This document shows positions 50,868 to 64,000 of a stretch of 64,000 nucleotides of DNA, piece after piece; position 1 is the first letter of the stretch; the number at the start of each line of letters is the position of its first letter. Under the pieces are notes generated by a model, which was not told the DNA's origin, did no database searches, and saw only the letters and a list, made by a program, of their open reading frames with translations. Position numbers and translations under genes: made by a program. This DNA comes from Octopus bimaculoides (taxonomy: Eukaryota), in NCBI RefSeq assembly GCF_001194135.2, contig NC_068989.1, positions 39,395,068-39,459,067 on the forward strand, given 5' to 3'.

Positions 50868-51995
50868 TTCAAATTTTGCTACAAGGACAGCAATTTCACT
50901 AGTACTTAATTTATCGGCCCATAAAGGATGAAAGCAAAGTTGACCTCGGCAGAATCTGAACTCAGAATGTAGCAGCAGACAAATTACAATCAAGTATTTC
51001 GCCTGGCATGCTAACGATTCTGTCAGCTTGCCACCTTAGATAATAATAATAATAATAATAATGATGATGATGATCATCATCATCATCATAATCATCATCG
51101 TTTAACGTCCGCTTTCCATGCTAGCATAGGTTGGACGATTTGACTGAGGACTGGTGAAACCAGATGGCTACACCAGGCTCCAATCTGATTTGGCAGAGTT
51201 TCTACAGCTGGATGCCCTTCCTAACGCCAACCACTCAGAGAGTGTAGTGTGTGCTTTTACGTGTCACCCACACGGAGGCCAGTCAGGCGGTACTGGCAAC
51301 GGCCATGCTCAAAATGGTGTATTTTATGTGCCACCCACACAAGAGCCAGTCCAGGGGCACTGGCAATGATCTCGCTTGAAAATCCTTACACATGTCACGG
51401 GCACAGATACCAGAAAGGCGACACTGGGCACAGGTGCCATCCCGATTTCGCTTTCGCTTGCCCCAATAAGTCTTCGCAAGCTGAGTTTTGTGTCCAATGA
51501 AGGAGACAACGTTGACATGGGTGCCAGTCGTCGAATGATAATAATAATAATAATAATCCTTTCTACTATAGGTACACTGAAATTTGGGGAAAGGGGACTA
51601 GTCAATTATATCAACCCCAGTGTTTCACTGGTACTTAATTTATTGAACTCGAAAGGATGAAAGGTAAAGTCGACCTCGGCAAAATTTGAACTCAGGACAG
51701 GTGAAATGTTCAACAGCATTTTGCCCAGTGTGCTGATGATTCTGCCAGCTCGCCAACTTAATAATAATAATAATCCTTTCTACTGGAAGCACAAGGCCTC
51801 AAATTTGGGGGGAAGGGGTTAAGGAAATTACATCGACCTCAGTACACAACTAGTACTTAATTTATTGACCCCAAAAGGATGAAAGGCAAAGTCGACCACA
51901 GCAGAATTTGAATTCCAAACGTAGTGACAGGCGAAATACTGTTAAGCATTTCAACCAACATGCTAACAATTCGACCAGCTTGCCGCCTTAGATAA
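50868..51995 (-). mobile_element. Cluster of three same-family SINEs plus one RTE-tail-related repeat
   Basis: Copies at 50868-51040, 51560-51760 and 51772-51990 in the same orientation, separated by (AAT)n. Confidence 0.8.
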
Positions 51996-52012
51996 TAATA
52001 ATAATAATAATA

Positions 52013-52050
<38 letters not shown>

Positions 52051-52751
52051 GATACATGGATTAATGGACAAAGTTGACCTCAGGCTCATGACTTGGCTTG
52101 AATGCTCCAGAGGGGTCTTCACAAAAAGCCAGGTAGAGGTAGTAAATATATTTCAAAAGTGACGATTGTATAGTTAATGAAATACACTAACAATAGAGGT
52201 TTCAATACATTTGGCATATAATCAAGAATGCAAGTTTGGTTTGTGAAATATCTTATTCATTATTAAGTTGTATGTTGAATATTATTAAGGCGGTGAGTGT
52301 AGTGGGGGGGGGGGGAACCAGAGAGTTACTATATCTGTTCACGACTACATAGGTACCTAAAACAGTTAATGGTGCATGTCACTGAGCCATACTCACTCAC
52401 AAGTAATCCCTGATCATACTTGTACATATTTTATCAACCTTGGACGGATGAAAAGACTCAACCAAGACAAGATTTTAACTCAGAATGTAAATAACTAAAA
52501 GCTGCAAAGCAGTTCATCTGTTGGTTCACTGATCCTGGTTAGTACTTCTATATGTTTATTTGACCTGCCAGAAAAGAGTAGCCAAATTTTCTTCAAATCA
52601 CACCTCAGGTGGAATCTTAGAAAATAACACAATGGATAGTATGGTTCTGGGTACCCCTGTATGTAGGAGAACGATAGTCGTGGTTGGACTGCTTGGTTAT
52701 AGGGCTACACAATCGTACTAACCAGGAGCTAAACAACTATAACCAGTAACA

Positions 52752-53275
52752 CAAGGTCCAATTAAAAAGTATAGGAACTGGTGCTACAAAAAGAAATCTA
52801 CAATACATATCAATTTGGCACTTAATCTCCTTCAAAGTAGTCCCTTTCTGAAGCCACACACTTTATCACTGCCACTGACGGAAGCATTCCTGGAAATCCA
52901 TTTTTGGGATAGTAAGTAGCTGCCTCATTGCATTCTCTTGAAATCTTACTGGGAGTCTTCCACTGTGAAGACTGAGCCTTCGTTTTGGGAGTCATAGCCA
53001 TAGACCCATGATTTTTCACCTGTTGTGACCATTTTCAAAAAGTTTTCCTCTTCCTTGACACAACCAAAGGCATCCTGTACAGCTGAGGCTCGATCTTCTT
53101 TTTGAGACAACCACACTCGACACACTTTACTTTTAAGCACTGCTATAAACAACAGAAGAGAGGGAGAACATTATAACTTCATGTGCAAGCACGACAGAGT
53201 GCCATGCAGTTTCACACTGCATACTTTAGCTCCATTACCATAGCAACAGACCCAATGTTTTTTGATCAGACTTCA
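52752..53275 (-). mobile_element. Second-family mariner, internally deleted
   Basis: FLKMVTTGEKSWVYGYD, KTKAQSSQW and KCVASERDYFEGD* peptides. Degraded TIRs. Confidence 0.85.
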
Positions 53276-54129
53276 TATGTCAGGAATAGATCTGTTAACA
53301 TTTTTGTGAAAATTTGGAAGAAAAATGTTGCTTTACACTAATTAAAAGTGAGTGTATGTTTAATTATGTCTTTTAATTAAGTTTGAGAGAGTGAGAGTGA
53401 TAAAGGTGGGAGAGCCAAGAGATGTGTGTGTGTGTGTGTGTGTGTGTGCGCGTGTGTGTGTGTGCGCGTGTGTGTGTGTGTGTGTGCGTGTTTACAACAG
53501 CTATTTTGTCTCTCCACACTCCTAAGGCTAAATGCTGAGCTCTAACTAATATTAATTAATGTTATTTTATAGTGTTGCTTTTATGATTTGTTACAGGGTA
53601 CCATAGTGTGTGTGTGTGTGAGTGAGTGTCTGAACGAATGAGTCTGTGTGTGAACAGAAAGAGATTTGAATAAGAATTATTGAAAACAATAAAATAAAAA
53701 TATATAAAGAAATGGAGAATCAGAAATAAACACAGATGCAGCAAACTAGCAAGGGAGCTTCTACATGGCTGCTCAATCTGCTGTAAATGGCAGCCAAACT
53801 TCCCTCCGATCACAAGCAACCAATTTATAAAAAGTAGGATACATTGGAAAATATAATGTGATATATAAAAAAAAAGATCACATGATGGTTGTAGCTGGAA
53901 TTATCATCATTTAATATCCGTTCTCCATTCTAGCATGAGTTGGATGGTTTGACGAGAGTTGGTAAGGCCAGGGCCTGCACTAGGCCCCACTATCTGTTTG
54001 GCATGCCCTTCCTTATGCCAATCACATCACAGATTATACTGAGTGCTTTTTATGTGGTACTACCACTGGTATCAATTCTGCTGTGCTGGATGGGTAATGT
54101 TTTTGTTAAAAGGTTTGTCTAATTAGTGA

Positions 54130-54465
54130 AGGCGCATGGCTCAGTGGTCAGAGTGTTGGGCTCTCAATCACGAGGTAGTGAGTTCAATTCTAGGACCAGG
54201 CTGTGTGTTGTGTTCTTAAGCAAGGCACTTTATTTCACATTGCTCCAGTGCACTGAGCTGTAGAAATGAGTTGCAACATCCCTGGTGCCAAGCTGTATCA
54301 GCCTTTGCCTTTCCCTTGGATAACATAAGTGGCTTGGAGAGGGGAGGCTGGTATGCATGGGTGACTACTGGTCTTCCATAAAACAAATTTGCCTGGACTT
54401 GTACCTTAGAGGGGAACCTTCTAAGTGCAATTCCATGGTCATTCAAGACTGAAGGGGGTCTTTAC
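54130..54465 (+). mobile_element. Full-length tRNA-derived SINE
   Basis: A box tggctcagtgg, B box gagttcaattct, central gcaaggcactttatttcacattgctcc domain. Related minus-strand copy at 55760-56010. Confidence 0.8.
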
Positions 54466-57400
54466 CCATTACCCTGTCTAATTAGAACTGACCAAGGTCT
54501 AAACAATAAGAATAAAATAGTAACAACAGTTATAAACCAAAAACATAAGAAGAATGAAAAACTAATGAGAAAACCTCCAGAAACAAGCACGATTCTTAAG
54601 TCCACAGTTTCTTTACGGAAAGGTACATATTTACAACTAAGTGATAGCCTTATTGAAAATGTCATTTGTCAAGAAGAAAGCCATATTTGTGATGGAATTA
54701 TATACACACCTTCTCCTTGACTTACAACCAAGTTCTGTTCAACTGACAGGTTGTAAGTCGATCTGGTCATTTGTTGGATTTATATTTTTCGACACTATAA
54801 ATATGACGCTATTCACATGAATAACAATTTCTCAATTTCATGGTTGGGTCCCCATCATTGTTTGGTTAAAATTGTAGACTTCATAGGGGCAGAACCTTTC
54901 ACAGCTTCACAAATTCTTTCTTTGTCCTTAAGTATCATCAATACTGTGGAATGTAATAACTCCAAGTTATGTGCTATTGTATTCACCTTCTTTCCACCTT
55001 CATACTGCCAGATAATCCTTTACAATCTCTAAATCAATAGCCTTCCTCGACTTCTTAGCTACCACATCTGTAGATGAAAGCATTTTCCTTTTACCAGTCC
55101 TTTTAGGGGTATTTCAGATACATTTGTAACAAATCCACACACAACTGATGCTTGGAAGCAACTGAGTGAGAGACAGTAGCAGGCAGTGGGTGCCTGGGTC
55201 TGAGGGAGCTCTGTGTTGCCAGATGCTACTATAGTTATCATATGCACAGCTGCCCAATGTCTGAAAATCGATTTTTTAGTTATTTATTTACTTTTTTATG
55301 GTCGTAAGTATGGATAATCATAAGTTGCATAGGTCGTAAGTCGAAGAGAAGGTGTATATAGTTGCAAGTATGGCTGTGTGGTAAGAAGTTTGCTTTCCAA
55401 TCACATGGCTTTGGGTTCAGTCTCAATGCATGGCAGCTTAGGCAAGTGGCTTCTACTATAGCCTCAGTCAGACCAAAGCTTTGTGTGTGGGTTTGGTTGA
55501 CAGAAACTGAAAGAAGCCTATGTGCGTGTGTGTGTGTTTGTGTCCCCCACCACTGCTTGACAATCGGTGTTGGTTTCTTTACAGTAAGTTAGTGGTTCAG
55601 TAAAAAGAAACATAGAATACGTACCATGCATAAGAAAAAAAATAAGTACTGGGGTCAATTCATTTGACTAAAAGTTCTTCAAGAGAGTGCCCTAGCATGG
55701 CCTGCAGTTTAATGAATGAAACAGATAAAAGATATATATATATATATGTGTATGTAGTTAAAGACCCCCTTTAGTCACGAATGACCATGGGATTGCACCT
55801 AGAAAGTTACCCTCTTAGACACAAGTCTGGACAAGGTTGTTAATGGAAGACCAGCAGTTGCCTATGCATACCAGCCTCCCCTCTCTCCACACCACTGATG
55901 ATATCCAAGGGAAAGGCAAAGGCCAATACAGCTTGGCTCAAGAAAACAAGACAGAGCCGGCTCTGAGAATCGAACTCACTACCTCATAATAGTGAACCCG
56001 ATGCTCTAAACACTGAGTCATGCACCTATATGTATCTATATCAACATTTAACATCTGCGTTCCATACTGGTATGATGGGGTGTGCAGTTTGACGGGATCT
56101 ACTAGGCTCAAGGTTTGCATCATGCTCCAGTTTTTGCATGACATGGTTTCTGTAGCTGAATGCCCTTCCTAATGACAACTACTTTATGGTGTGTACTAGG
56201 CACTTCTTTTCATGCAACCAGCATTAGTGGAGTCAGCATACAGCTTGCAAGACTATGAACCCTTGTGGAGAGAGGGAACTTTATGGTAGGAGAATGAGGA
56301 TTAGAGAGAGGAAAGGTGTGAGAGAAAGGACCAGAGCAGAATGAGCTTTTTGCTGTAAAGGAGCAACATGACTACTTAAAATATAGAAGAGAGGTCGGTG
56401 GGGTGGCGGTGGAAAGTGATATAAGTGGTGATGAGATGTCAGGGTGAATCGTCAAAGCATGAGTTGGAATAGGAGTGTGTGATAGGAGTAGTGGATGCCT
56501 ATTAGTATATCTGTTCCGTATCTGCCCCTGCAATCTTCCTACCAGCATGTCATCTCTCTTTCACCCCTTCAATGTACTAATTGACTTTTGAAATTAAAAT
56601 CAAATTTGAGAATAAATTATCAATTATAAATTGCACAGTCAGGTGTCTACGTTTGCTCAGCCCGTGTACATTTCAATTATATGATTTCAAGACCATAAAT
56701 ATATCAGGTGTTTTGCATTTATGCACATAAATCTATGCTTGTTTTCATAAAATGCACTTTAAAATTGTATTAAATAAAAATTGAGATTTTGTTGTTATAT
56801 GAAGTTGAATTTATATGCTTATGAAGTTATGTGCTTATATATATATAATGAATATATATGTAGTTATGTGAATAATGTATGTATTTGTATGAATCTTAAG
56901 GATATAGAGTATACAGTTTTGAAGGTGTGTTTGCATGCAACATTTGAAGAAATATAGAAATTGTTTTTGAGGGAATTAGGAAAATAGTTCATGTGAAAGC
57001 AACAATAAATCCCAAGCATTGAGTGGGATTTAAAACTATAAAGCATTATAGAAACACAAGCTTTTTCATCCAAGGTATGTGAAGATGAGGGCAAATCTTC
57101 TGTTTGAAAGATGGGCATTGAATTGTAAAAACTGTTTCCAAATCACAAGACAGACAACTGACACTTTTCTGTTGTTTTCTTTGTGTATCTGATGATGAAG
57201 AAATATAACAGAAATAAATGAATCTTCCAGCCTGTGCCACAACAGAAAAATAAACATCAAACAGTTATTCAGTGTTAAAAATCTTCACCATCATACCATC
57301 ATTATCCAAAATCTGAATGTAGTTTCAACCCAACTACTTACTCTTTGAATGATATGGAGACTATAAGCATTGCTTTAGTCACATGTTTGTGGCACACATT

Positions 57401-58979
57401 TCTATAGATTAACTAACAAATGGTGGAGATAATATTCTGTTCCATGGCCAAGTACAGTAAGAGTACATAATTGAGTGTGGTTTGCTTTCATCAAAAAAAT
57501 TCTCAGAAGTTTCTGCCGGTTGGTGAGAACACATTGAATTAGACTCCAAGAGAGCAGCATTTATGGAAAATATAAATGGCAAATATCCCTTGATTAACCT
57601 GTCTGTGTTTCCTCATTGTGTATCATTAATTTTAGTAAAGTAGAAATCAATCATCTTAAATGTTGATAATTACAAAAAAAATGTCATTTACGTGATATTA
57701 ATTATATTAATGAGACAAAGTTTTTCAATGAATGCTCATGTGCAATCATTCCTGCTTCTGTAGTAATAATACTGCACAATAAAAATCATCATTATCATCA
57801 TCATCATCATCATCATCATCATTTAACATCTATTTTCCATGCTGGCATGGGTTGGATGTTTGATAGGTGATGGCAAGCCAGAGAACTGCATCAAGCTCTG
57901 TCTGCTTTGGCATGGTTGGATGCCATTCCTAATGACAACCACTATATAGTGGTTGTATGTGTTGAGAGAGAGTGGAGGATAATTTACAATTTATATAAAC
58001 AACATTATGCCATCAAACACAGTAAAATGAAAATCTTTGCTGGTGAATGAACTTCATAACATCAACAATGGAGCAGGTAATATGAAAACTCCATTTTGAT
58101 CTAAGTACTGTAAATTAAAGGATGACAAAAAACAGGATTTAAAAGCAATGGAAAAGTTGAGCTCATTCACTTCCAGAAAGTTGATGTGCTGAAACAGTCG
58201 CATACATTTCTCTTGGAGTCAGTATCATAGAATTAAACATTCTGTCAAAACAACCAAAGTAGATGCCTCTTTCACTTATAAAGTGAATGTGGCTAACAGA
58301 TCATCTATCAGGTAGAATGGGTGGAATGGTTCATCTATTTTCTTGTCATGGCCCCATTTTGACTATTGTCATGGACCCAGTTTGACTATTGTTGCCAATG
58401 AGGCCTCTTCTTTCTAAACAGACAAGAATTGAAATATCTCAACCAACAAGATTATTTTTCACAAAATGTATTATATCAAAAATATAAAATATACATAAAA
58501 ATGCATGTTATAAAATATATATATAGAAATGCATGTTATAAAATAAAAATATATATAAAAATAATTTGCTGATGATGATTTAACTTTTGATCTTAGCTTA
58601 AACCATTCTTTCACATTCCTGTGTATTATCCATGATGACATGTCTCCATATTTCTCTTTATTATTTTTTTGTCATTCTTTGTTACAGTGTCCTCTCTTCC
58701 AGTTCAATATCAACCAGACAGGACATTGTATATTTAACGACAAACCATTATGCAAATTCCATGTGTTTCAACAATAAGAAATTGAAAGCTGGCTGAATGA
58801 GAGAAAAGTTGTTTTCAATTCATCATGTGTTTATTGTTTAAAGCTTGCATCAGACGTGACGGTCCAATGAAGAACAGACTAACAACACCAGAAAGTACTG
58901 TTCATGCACTGGTTTGATTATACAGGCTCTATAGTTATGTGTGTGTGTGTCTGTGTACATAACGAGAGAGAACCAGACA

Positions 58980-59026
<47 letters not shown>

Positions 59027-59449
59027 CAAAGACAGGAGACAGAGAAAGTGAGTGTGCAAACGAATAGCTGTCATAGCACAGCCCCTATACTAATATTTGT
59101 AGAAACTAGATTATTCATGTCCCTGACTTTATATTTGGTAGGCCAGGCCATCCATATCAACTGAAAGTGAATAGCATCTTATGTGAACACATGACTGCAT
59201 TCTGTTCTCTGTTCTCTCTTGTCAGTCACTGTCTGTTTCTTCTGATTTTTTTTTCTGAAGATTTTGTCCTTTTTTTTTTACATGTTCTAAAACAAATTTG
59301 ATTGGCAGACCAGTGATGACATCATCGTTAGAAAAACAAGCAAATGTTTACATCAAATTCTATTGGGTAGATTTTTACTGATGTTACCACACAATTTGCC
59401 AAAATTTTAATTGTTATGTTTGAAGAATTTCCTGATCTGGGGTTCAAAT

Positions 59450-59870
59450 TAAAGTGTAGATCTGGTACATGTTCCTAATGTATTGCTCTATCAAATTAAT
59501 CCCATGACTAGTGGCATTAGAAGTACCACAACTGTACTTGTATCCAGTGTCATCTCAAACATGAGATGACACTGGATTGAAATGCTTGAGCAGATGGTGA
59601 ATTGCAGACTTGTGCAATTCATATTAGTTTTGAAGAATTGGTATTAAAACAATGGTGATAAATAAGGGGCATCACAAGATGGATTCTTCAAGGCAAGGCA
59701 ACCAGTAGGACAGCTAGGGGTAGACCAAAAAGGAAATAATTGGATAATGTCAATTGTCTCAGTTAATCTTACTTGGGAATCTAGCCAGACAGCTTCCTCT
59801 GATAGGATCGTATGGAGGAGATGTCTGATAACCTCCCAGGATTGGTGGCAGAGAAAACGGATGGAAGGAT
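59450..59870 (+). mobile_element. RTE LINE 3' remnant
   Basis: ILQGKATSRTARGRPKRK.LDNV..LTWE....A.DRIVWRR. Confidence 0.7.
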
Positions 59871-62800
59871 GGATGATAAATAATAAAATTTCCTTCAATA
59901 ATAATTTTTATGGATGTGATTGTTACTAAATTGTGTGGAATAATGCAAGGTGATGTAAAATCTTAATCCCAAATCAGACAGTGGAACACCTAGCCAAAAC
60001 TTAGAAGATATTCAAAATTATTACCATCATCATTTAATATCTGTTTTCCATGCTGGTTCAGCCTGCTTTGGCATGTTTTTTACAGCTGGATGCCCTTCCT
60101 AATGCCAATCACTTTACAGAGTGTATTGGGCACTTTTTACGTGGCACCAGCAGTAGTGAGGTCACCAAGTAACTTGTAACACAAGACCCCTCAAATGAAT
60201 GGGGGAGTAATATTGAGGAACAGAAAAGGGTGGCTTCCTCAGGTGGATAAATAGAGAAGCAAGTGAGAAGATGGTGAAGATGTGATGTGATGGGAGTTTA
60301 CATTCAAGTTAAAGAAATAATTTAATGTCAAGTTTTACTCCTCACAAGAAAATTCTTAATACATCTAAATATTGCACATCCAAATAAATCACAGTCAAGA
60401 GAATGTGTTTTAGCAGGGTCAATATTGTGTCAAGCGACCAGCTGAAGAGCCAATGCTACAATCACTTTAGTGGCCAAAACCTTGTCAAACCCATGGACAC
60501 ACACTTTGAACTCGATGACCTTAACTCAACATTGGTTAGTCTCAAATCAGCAATGATCAAACAGATCAATGAGTAAAAGCCTTCCACTCATGACTCATCC
60601 TTCTCAATTCCTTAGAGTATATCAAGGACAATATAATTCAATGAACCCTTCCATATTTTTTCTTTTTATAGTTTGATTTGAAAGAAATTTAACAACTGTT
60701 TCTAGCAATTCAACAGAAGTTCTCTTACTGGCTTACTTTCACAATTATATGCAACTACAGAGAATTAACCTATAACAGACTTGCATCAGAATGGTCCATG
60801 GGGAACATATTTAAATTTCAATGTCTCAATCATCTTAATTGTAATATAGGTGCCACAGGGAGTCACAGCTTATTTCCACACAGTATTAACTTAATATAAT
60901 TGCAATGCACAGAGCTAAAATTCTCTCTGTACAAACCTGGACAACTATCGAGAAGAACAAACCAACAAAGTACCTCAATAGGACCACTCAACCTGCTAAA
61001 AAGAGCAGCCAGCTCTCCTTAAAAAGCAGCACATTGTTTAAATTAAGAAGTGATATTGAGGTTGTTCTAAACATCCTTAAAACAGACTGGATGTTCATTG
61101 ATGGAATGTCTTTGATCAGAGATTTGCTGGATCACAGTAGCCCTAGGGTTAAACAGCGACTATACAGCAAAAGTGATCTAATGAAAGAACCTCTACATGG
61201 CTGCTTGACATGCTAGACATAGCAACTAAGTTTCCCTCAAATCACGACAATGTATTGTATAAAAAGTCACATTGGATATTGTGGTCCCAATTCGCAGCAA
61301 ACATGTGAGAGATAGGATGGCCACAAACGGAATGTCTAACTATAGACCTGTTTGATTGCAGCTAACTTGAGCTTAGGCTTAAACAACAACAACACCTTTC
61401 ATCAAGAGAAAAGACTGGATTTAACAGATTAAAAGCCAGGATAAATTGCTAGAAATAACATCTTCTGCTAACTTACAGAGAATAAAAAGGAAAGATGAAT
61501 AAAAAGGAACAAATCATTGCAGAATGTTTGAGGAACACAGAAAGTAAAAGAATTTTGTTACATCTTCCAAGCAAGAAGTGGTAATATGAAATAATATATT
61601 TACAGCTTTCAGCTGGTATAAATATATTATTTACTACATTCAAATTCCCGGACATCTCAATATAGATATAAATTCTGCCATCTCAAAATATAGTAATTCA
61701 TATTTATAAGAGATTACCTCCTTCAGTGTTGTAGTAGTTTTTCACTTTTGTAGTAAAACAACAATAATGTGTTCATATTGATGAAAGAGAGAAAAACAAA
61801 TTTGAAGAGAAAATCAGTTTAGAAATATATTGAAATACATGGGAAACGAAAATAAAAAAGAAAGAAGGGAAATTTCTAAACAGTTTTGTACATGTGCAGA
61901 AGCAGAATAAAGTTTGTTGGTTGGAAAACAAAATATTAGATTTATGGATAAAATATGGAATACAATGTATTTTATAGTCAATAACTCGTCCAAATTGATC
62001 TGTATAAAGACATTTCCTGAAGAGTTGAAGAAAGTGTCATCTCAGCCATCTCAGACAGTGCCTGCTTTTTCAATTCTACCCCTTCAATATTCACTTAACT
62101 ATCACTTACTCTCTCACCTATTCATTATTGACATCCATCATTCATATCCTCTCCACAACTATCCATCACTTATGTACTCTCTCTCTCTCTCTCTCTCTCT
62201 TTCTGACCAGCAAACTTTAACTACTGTCACTGCTCCCCACCATTACTCCTGTCATTATTGTCTCTTCCAGTTCTTCTTTCTTGACCACATTATCACTCTC
62301 TCCAATCACTATTCTCTCAAGTTCATCTTTTATCATTACCTCTCTTTTTCACCCTCTTAGTTCTGTTACTTAGAACAAATGGAGACATCATTAACTAGTG
62401 AGGACTACTCTTTAGTCTAACTGGGTTCATTAGGACTAGTGCCATGATAAAATGCATCCAGTACTCTCTGTAAAGTGGTTCTTGATAGGAAAAGCATCCA
62501 TCCATAGAAATCATGATAAGAGAGAGAGAGAATACGAAGGAATGAGTCTTCCAACCAGTGAAGGAAGGCAATAACTCTGAATAAGAAATGACTTGGTTTG
62601 TGATAACCCATCCAACTCCTATTCATATGGGAAGCAGGCATAAAATGACAAAAATAATCATAATAATTATGATCATTACATCCATTTCTTTACGCTTGCT
62701 TAAGTTAGATGGGTTTTCTTCAACACATCTCATTAGGCTCCCTTGTCATCTCCTTTGAAAAGTGTACCCTCTTGGGATTGTTTTTCGCCACTTCTTTCTA

Positions 62801-63635
62801 TGTCTTTTTTTTTTTTTTTTTTTTTTTTTTTGGTCATCCTTCTCCATTGCTTTTCTTTACCCAACTGAAATCCTCCATACACATCACCAATCTAAACTCA
62901 AAAACTCTTCTCACCTGATTCCTCCAATACCCAGGTTTTCCTCAGCTCTTTTGTACCCTGGTGTTTATGTACTACCATTAGACATCAAGTGGAGCGTTCT
63001 CAACATATTTCTTAACAGCCCAAGCCAATACAAGATTAACTAAATAACAAGTCTAAGCTATGGGCCCCATGCTAAATTGCATTACTATAGTATCATACAG
63101 CCTTCAAATTTTATGAATGACCAAATGTTTAAGGTTGATCCTGTTCTAAGAATACTTCTGAGATTCCATACGATTAACTAAATATTTCCAAGTGACTCAT
63201 ACTGATATTATAATATTATAATGGATTTTGCTTTTATCAATGTCTAAGTGTTTAATGTTGATCCAATATGTGAAATACTTCTTAGATTTAATACACTTTA
63301 AATTAAATAAATTACTGTAAATTGAATGGAGACTTAACTCATTTTCATCAAATGCTAATTAATAGGTTTGCCAAACTATTTCTCAATTTATATTCATTAA
63401 ACTCATCATACCATAAGTGAGCTTAATCATTGTTTTTCTCATAAACAAGATTAGTTGGTCAAATCTGTTTACTGCTGCTGCTACTACAACTACTACTACT
63501 ACTACTACAACTACTACTACTACTACAACTACTACTATAGACGTTCCAATATTAATACTAACAAATCCTTTTAAATCAAATTCGAATTTTTACACAGGTG
63601 AGAAACAGCTAGTGTACACCTTCTATAACTTTATA

Positions 63636-63661
63636 TCTATATATATAAAAATGAGAATGTG

Positions 63662-63692
<31 letters not shown>

Positions 63693-64000
63693 GTGAATCC
63701 CTAAAACTCGAGAACTACGCAACCAATTTCATTCAAATTTTACACATGCCTTACTTAGGGTTCCAGTTGTGTTTTAGTCAAAAAAATTTTTAAACTTCTT
63801 GCAGAGTTCGAGCACACAGCAACATAATATCTCTTCCACTATTTAAGTATTACGTGTCAAAAGTGAAACAAAAACACTCATGTCAAATACTTTCACGTAA
63901 AAAATGAAACTATTCCACTAACTGAAACAATCACATTTCGATACTGTAATGACAGATACTTTCACAGAGAGAGAAAGAGAGAGAGAGAGAGAGATGTATA
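63636..64000 (+). mobile_element. 5' end of a non-autonomous Helitron (runs toward or beyond the window end)
   Basis: A|TCTATATATATAAAA start, (GTCT)n microsatellite, then ctcgagaactacgcaaccaatttcattcaaatttt. This is the typical layout of Lep1/HINE-like Helitrons. Confidence 0.65.

Noticed and set aside
54130-54210. tRNA-like sequences (also 55950-56010, 34430-34475 and all SINE heads)
   Set aside because: A/B boxes are present but there is no complete cloverleaf. These are SINE heads, not tRNA genes.
62880-63045. Minus-strand donor CAG|gtgaga and peptide NLVLAWAVKKYVENAPLDV*
   Set aside because: Stops occur in all frames across the putative exon. The + strand resembles a decayed LINE RT (LNSKT...Y.GV...W).
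1-64000. CRISPR arrays, rRNA, prokaryotic operons or defence systems
   Set aside because: None seen. The window is spliceosomal-intron-containing animal DNA with no regularly spaced repeat-spacer array.

Overview
AT-rich, microsatellite-saturated animal genomic DNA with six assembly gaps. The SINE repertoire resembles the tRNA-derived octopus SINE families, so a coleoid cephalopod (probably Octopus) is inferred. The only host gene I can support is the last two coding exons (+ strand, 2070-2151 and 3206-3346) of an M1-family aminopeptidase (ERAP1_C-type C-terminus). The remaining ~60 kb is mostly transposon debris: RTE and CR1-like LINE remnants, two mariner derivatives plus a mariner MITE, piggyBac-like and Tc1-like MITEs, non-autonomous Helitrons, a 5'-truncated Penelope-like element (PLE) and dozens of SINEs. 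The most striking recurring signal is hammerhead-ribozyme (HHR) cores inside inverted or direct repeat architectures at ~17.4, 23.7, 34.3/34.6 and 41.4 kb. One of these is a ~445-bp fold-back in which a tRNA-like head is joined to a minimal HHR. There are also coding-looking, non-repeat tracts at 32.5-37.8 kb that I cannot assign. All structures were read by eye, with no alignment or folding software; repeat boundaries are approximate unless defined by TSD/TIR.
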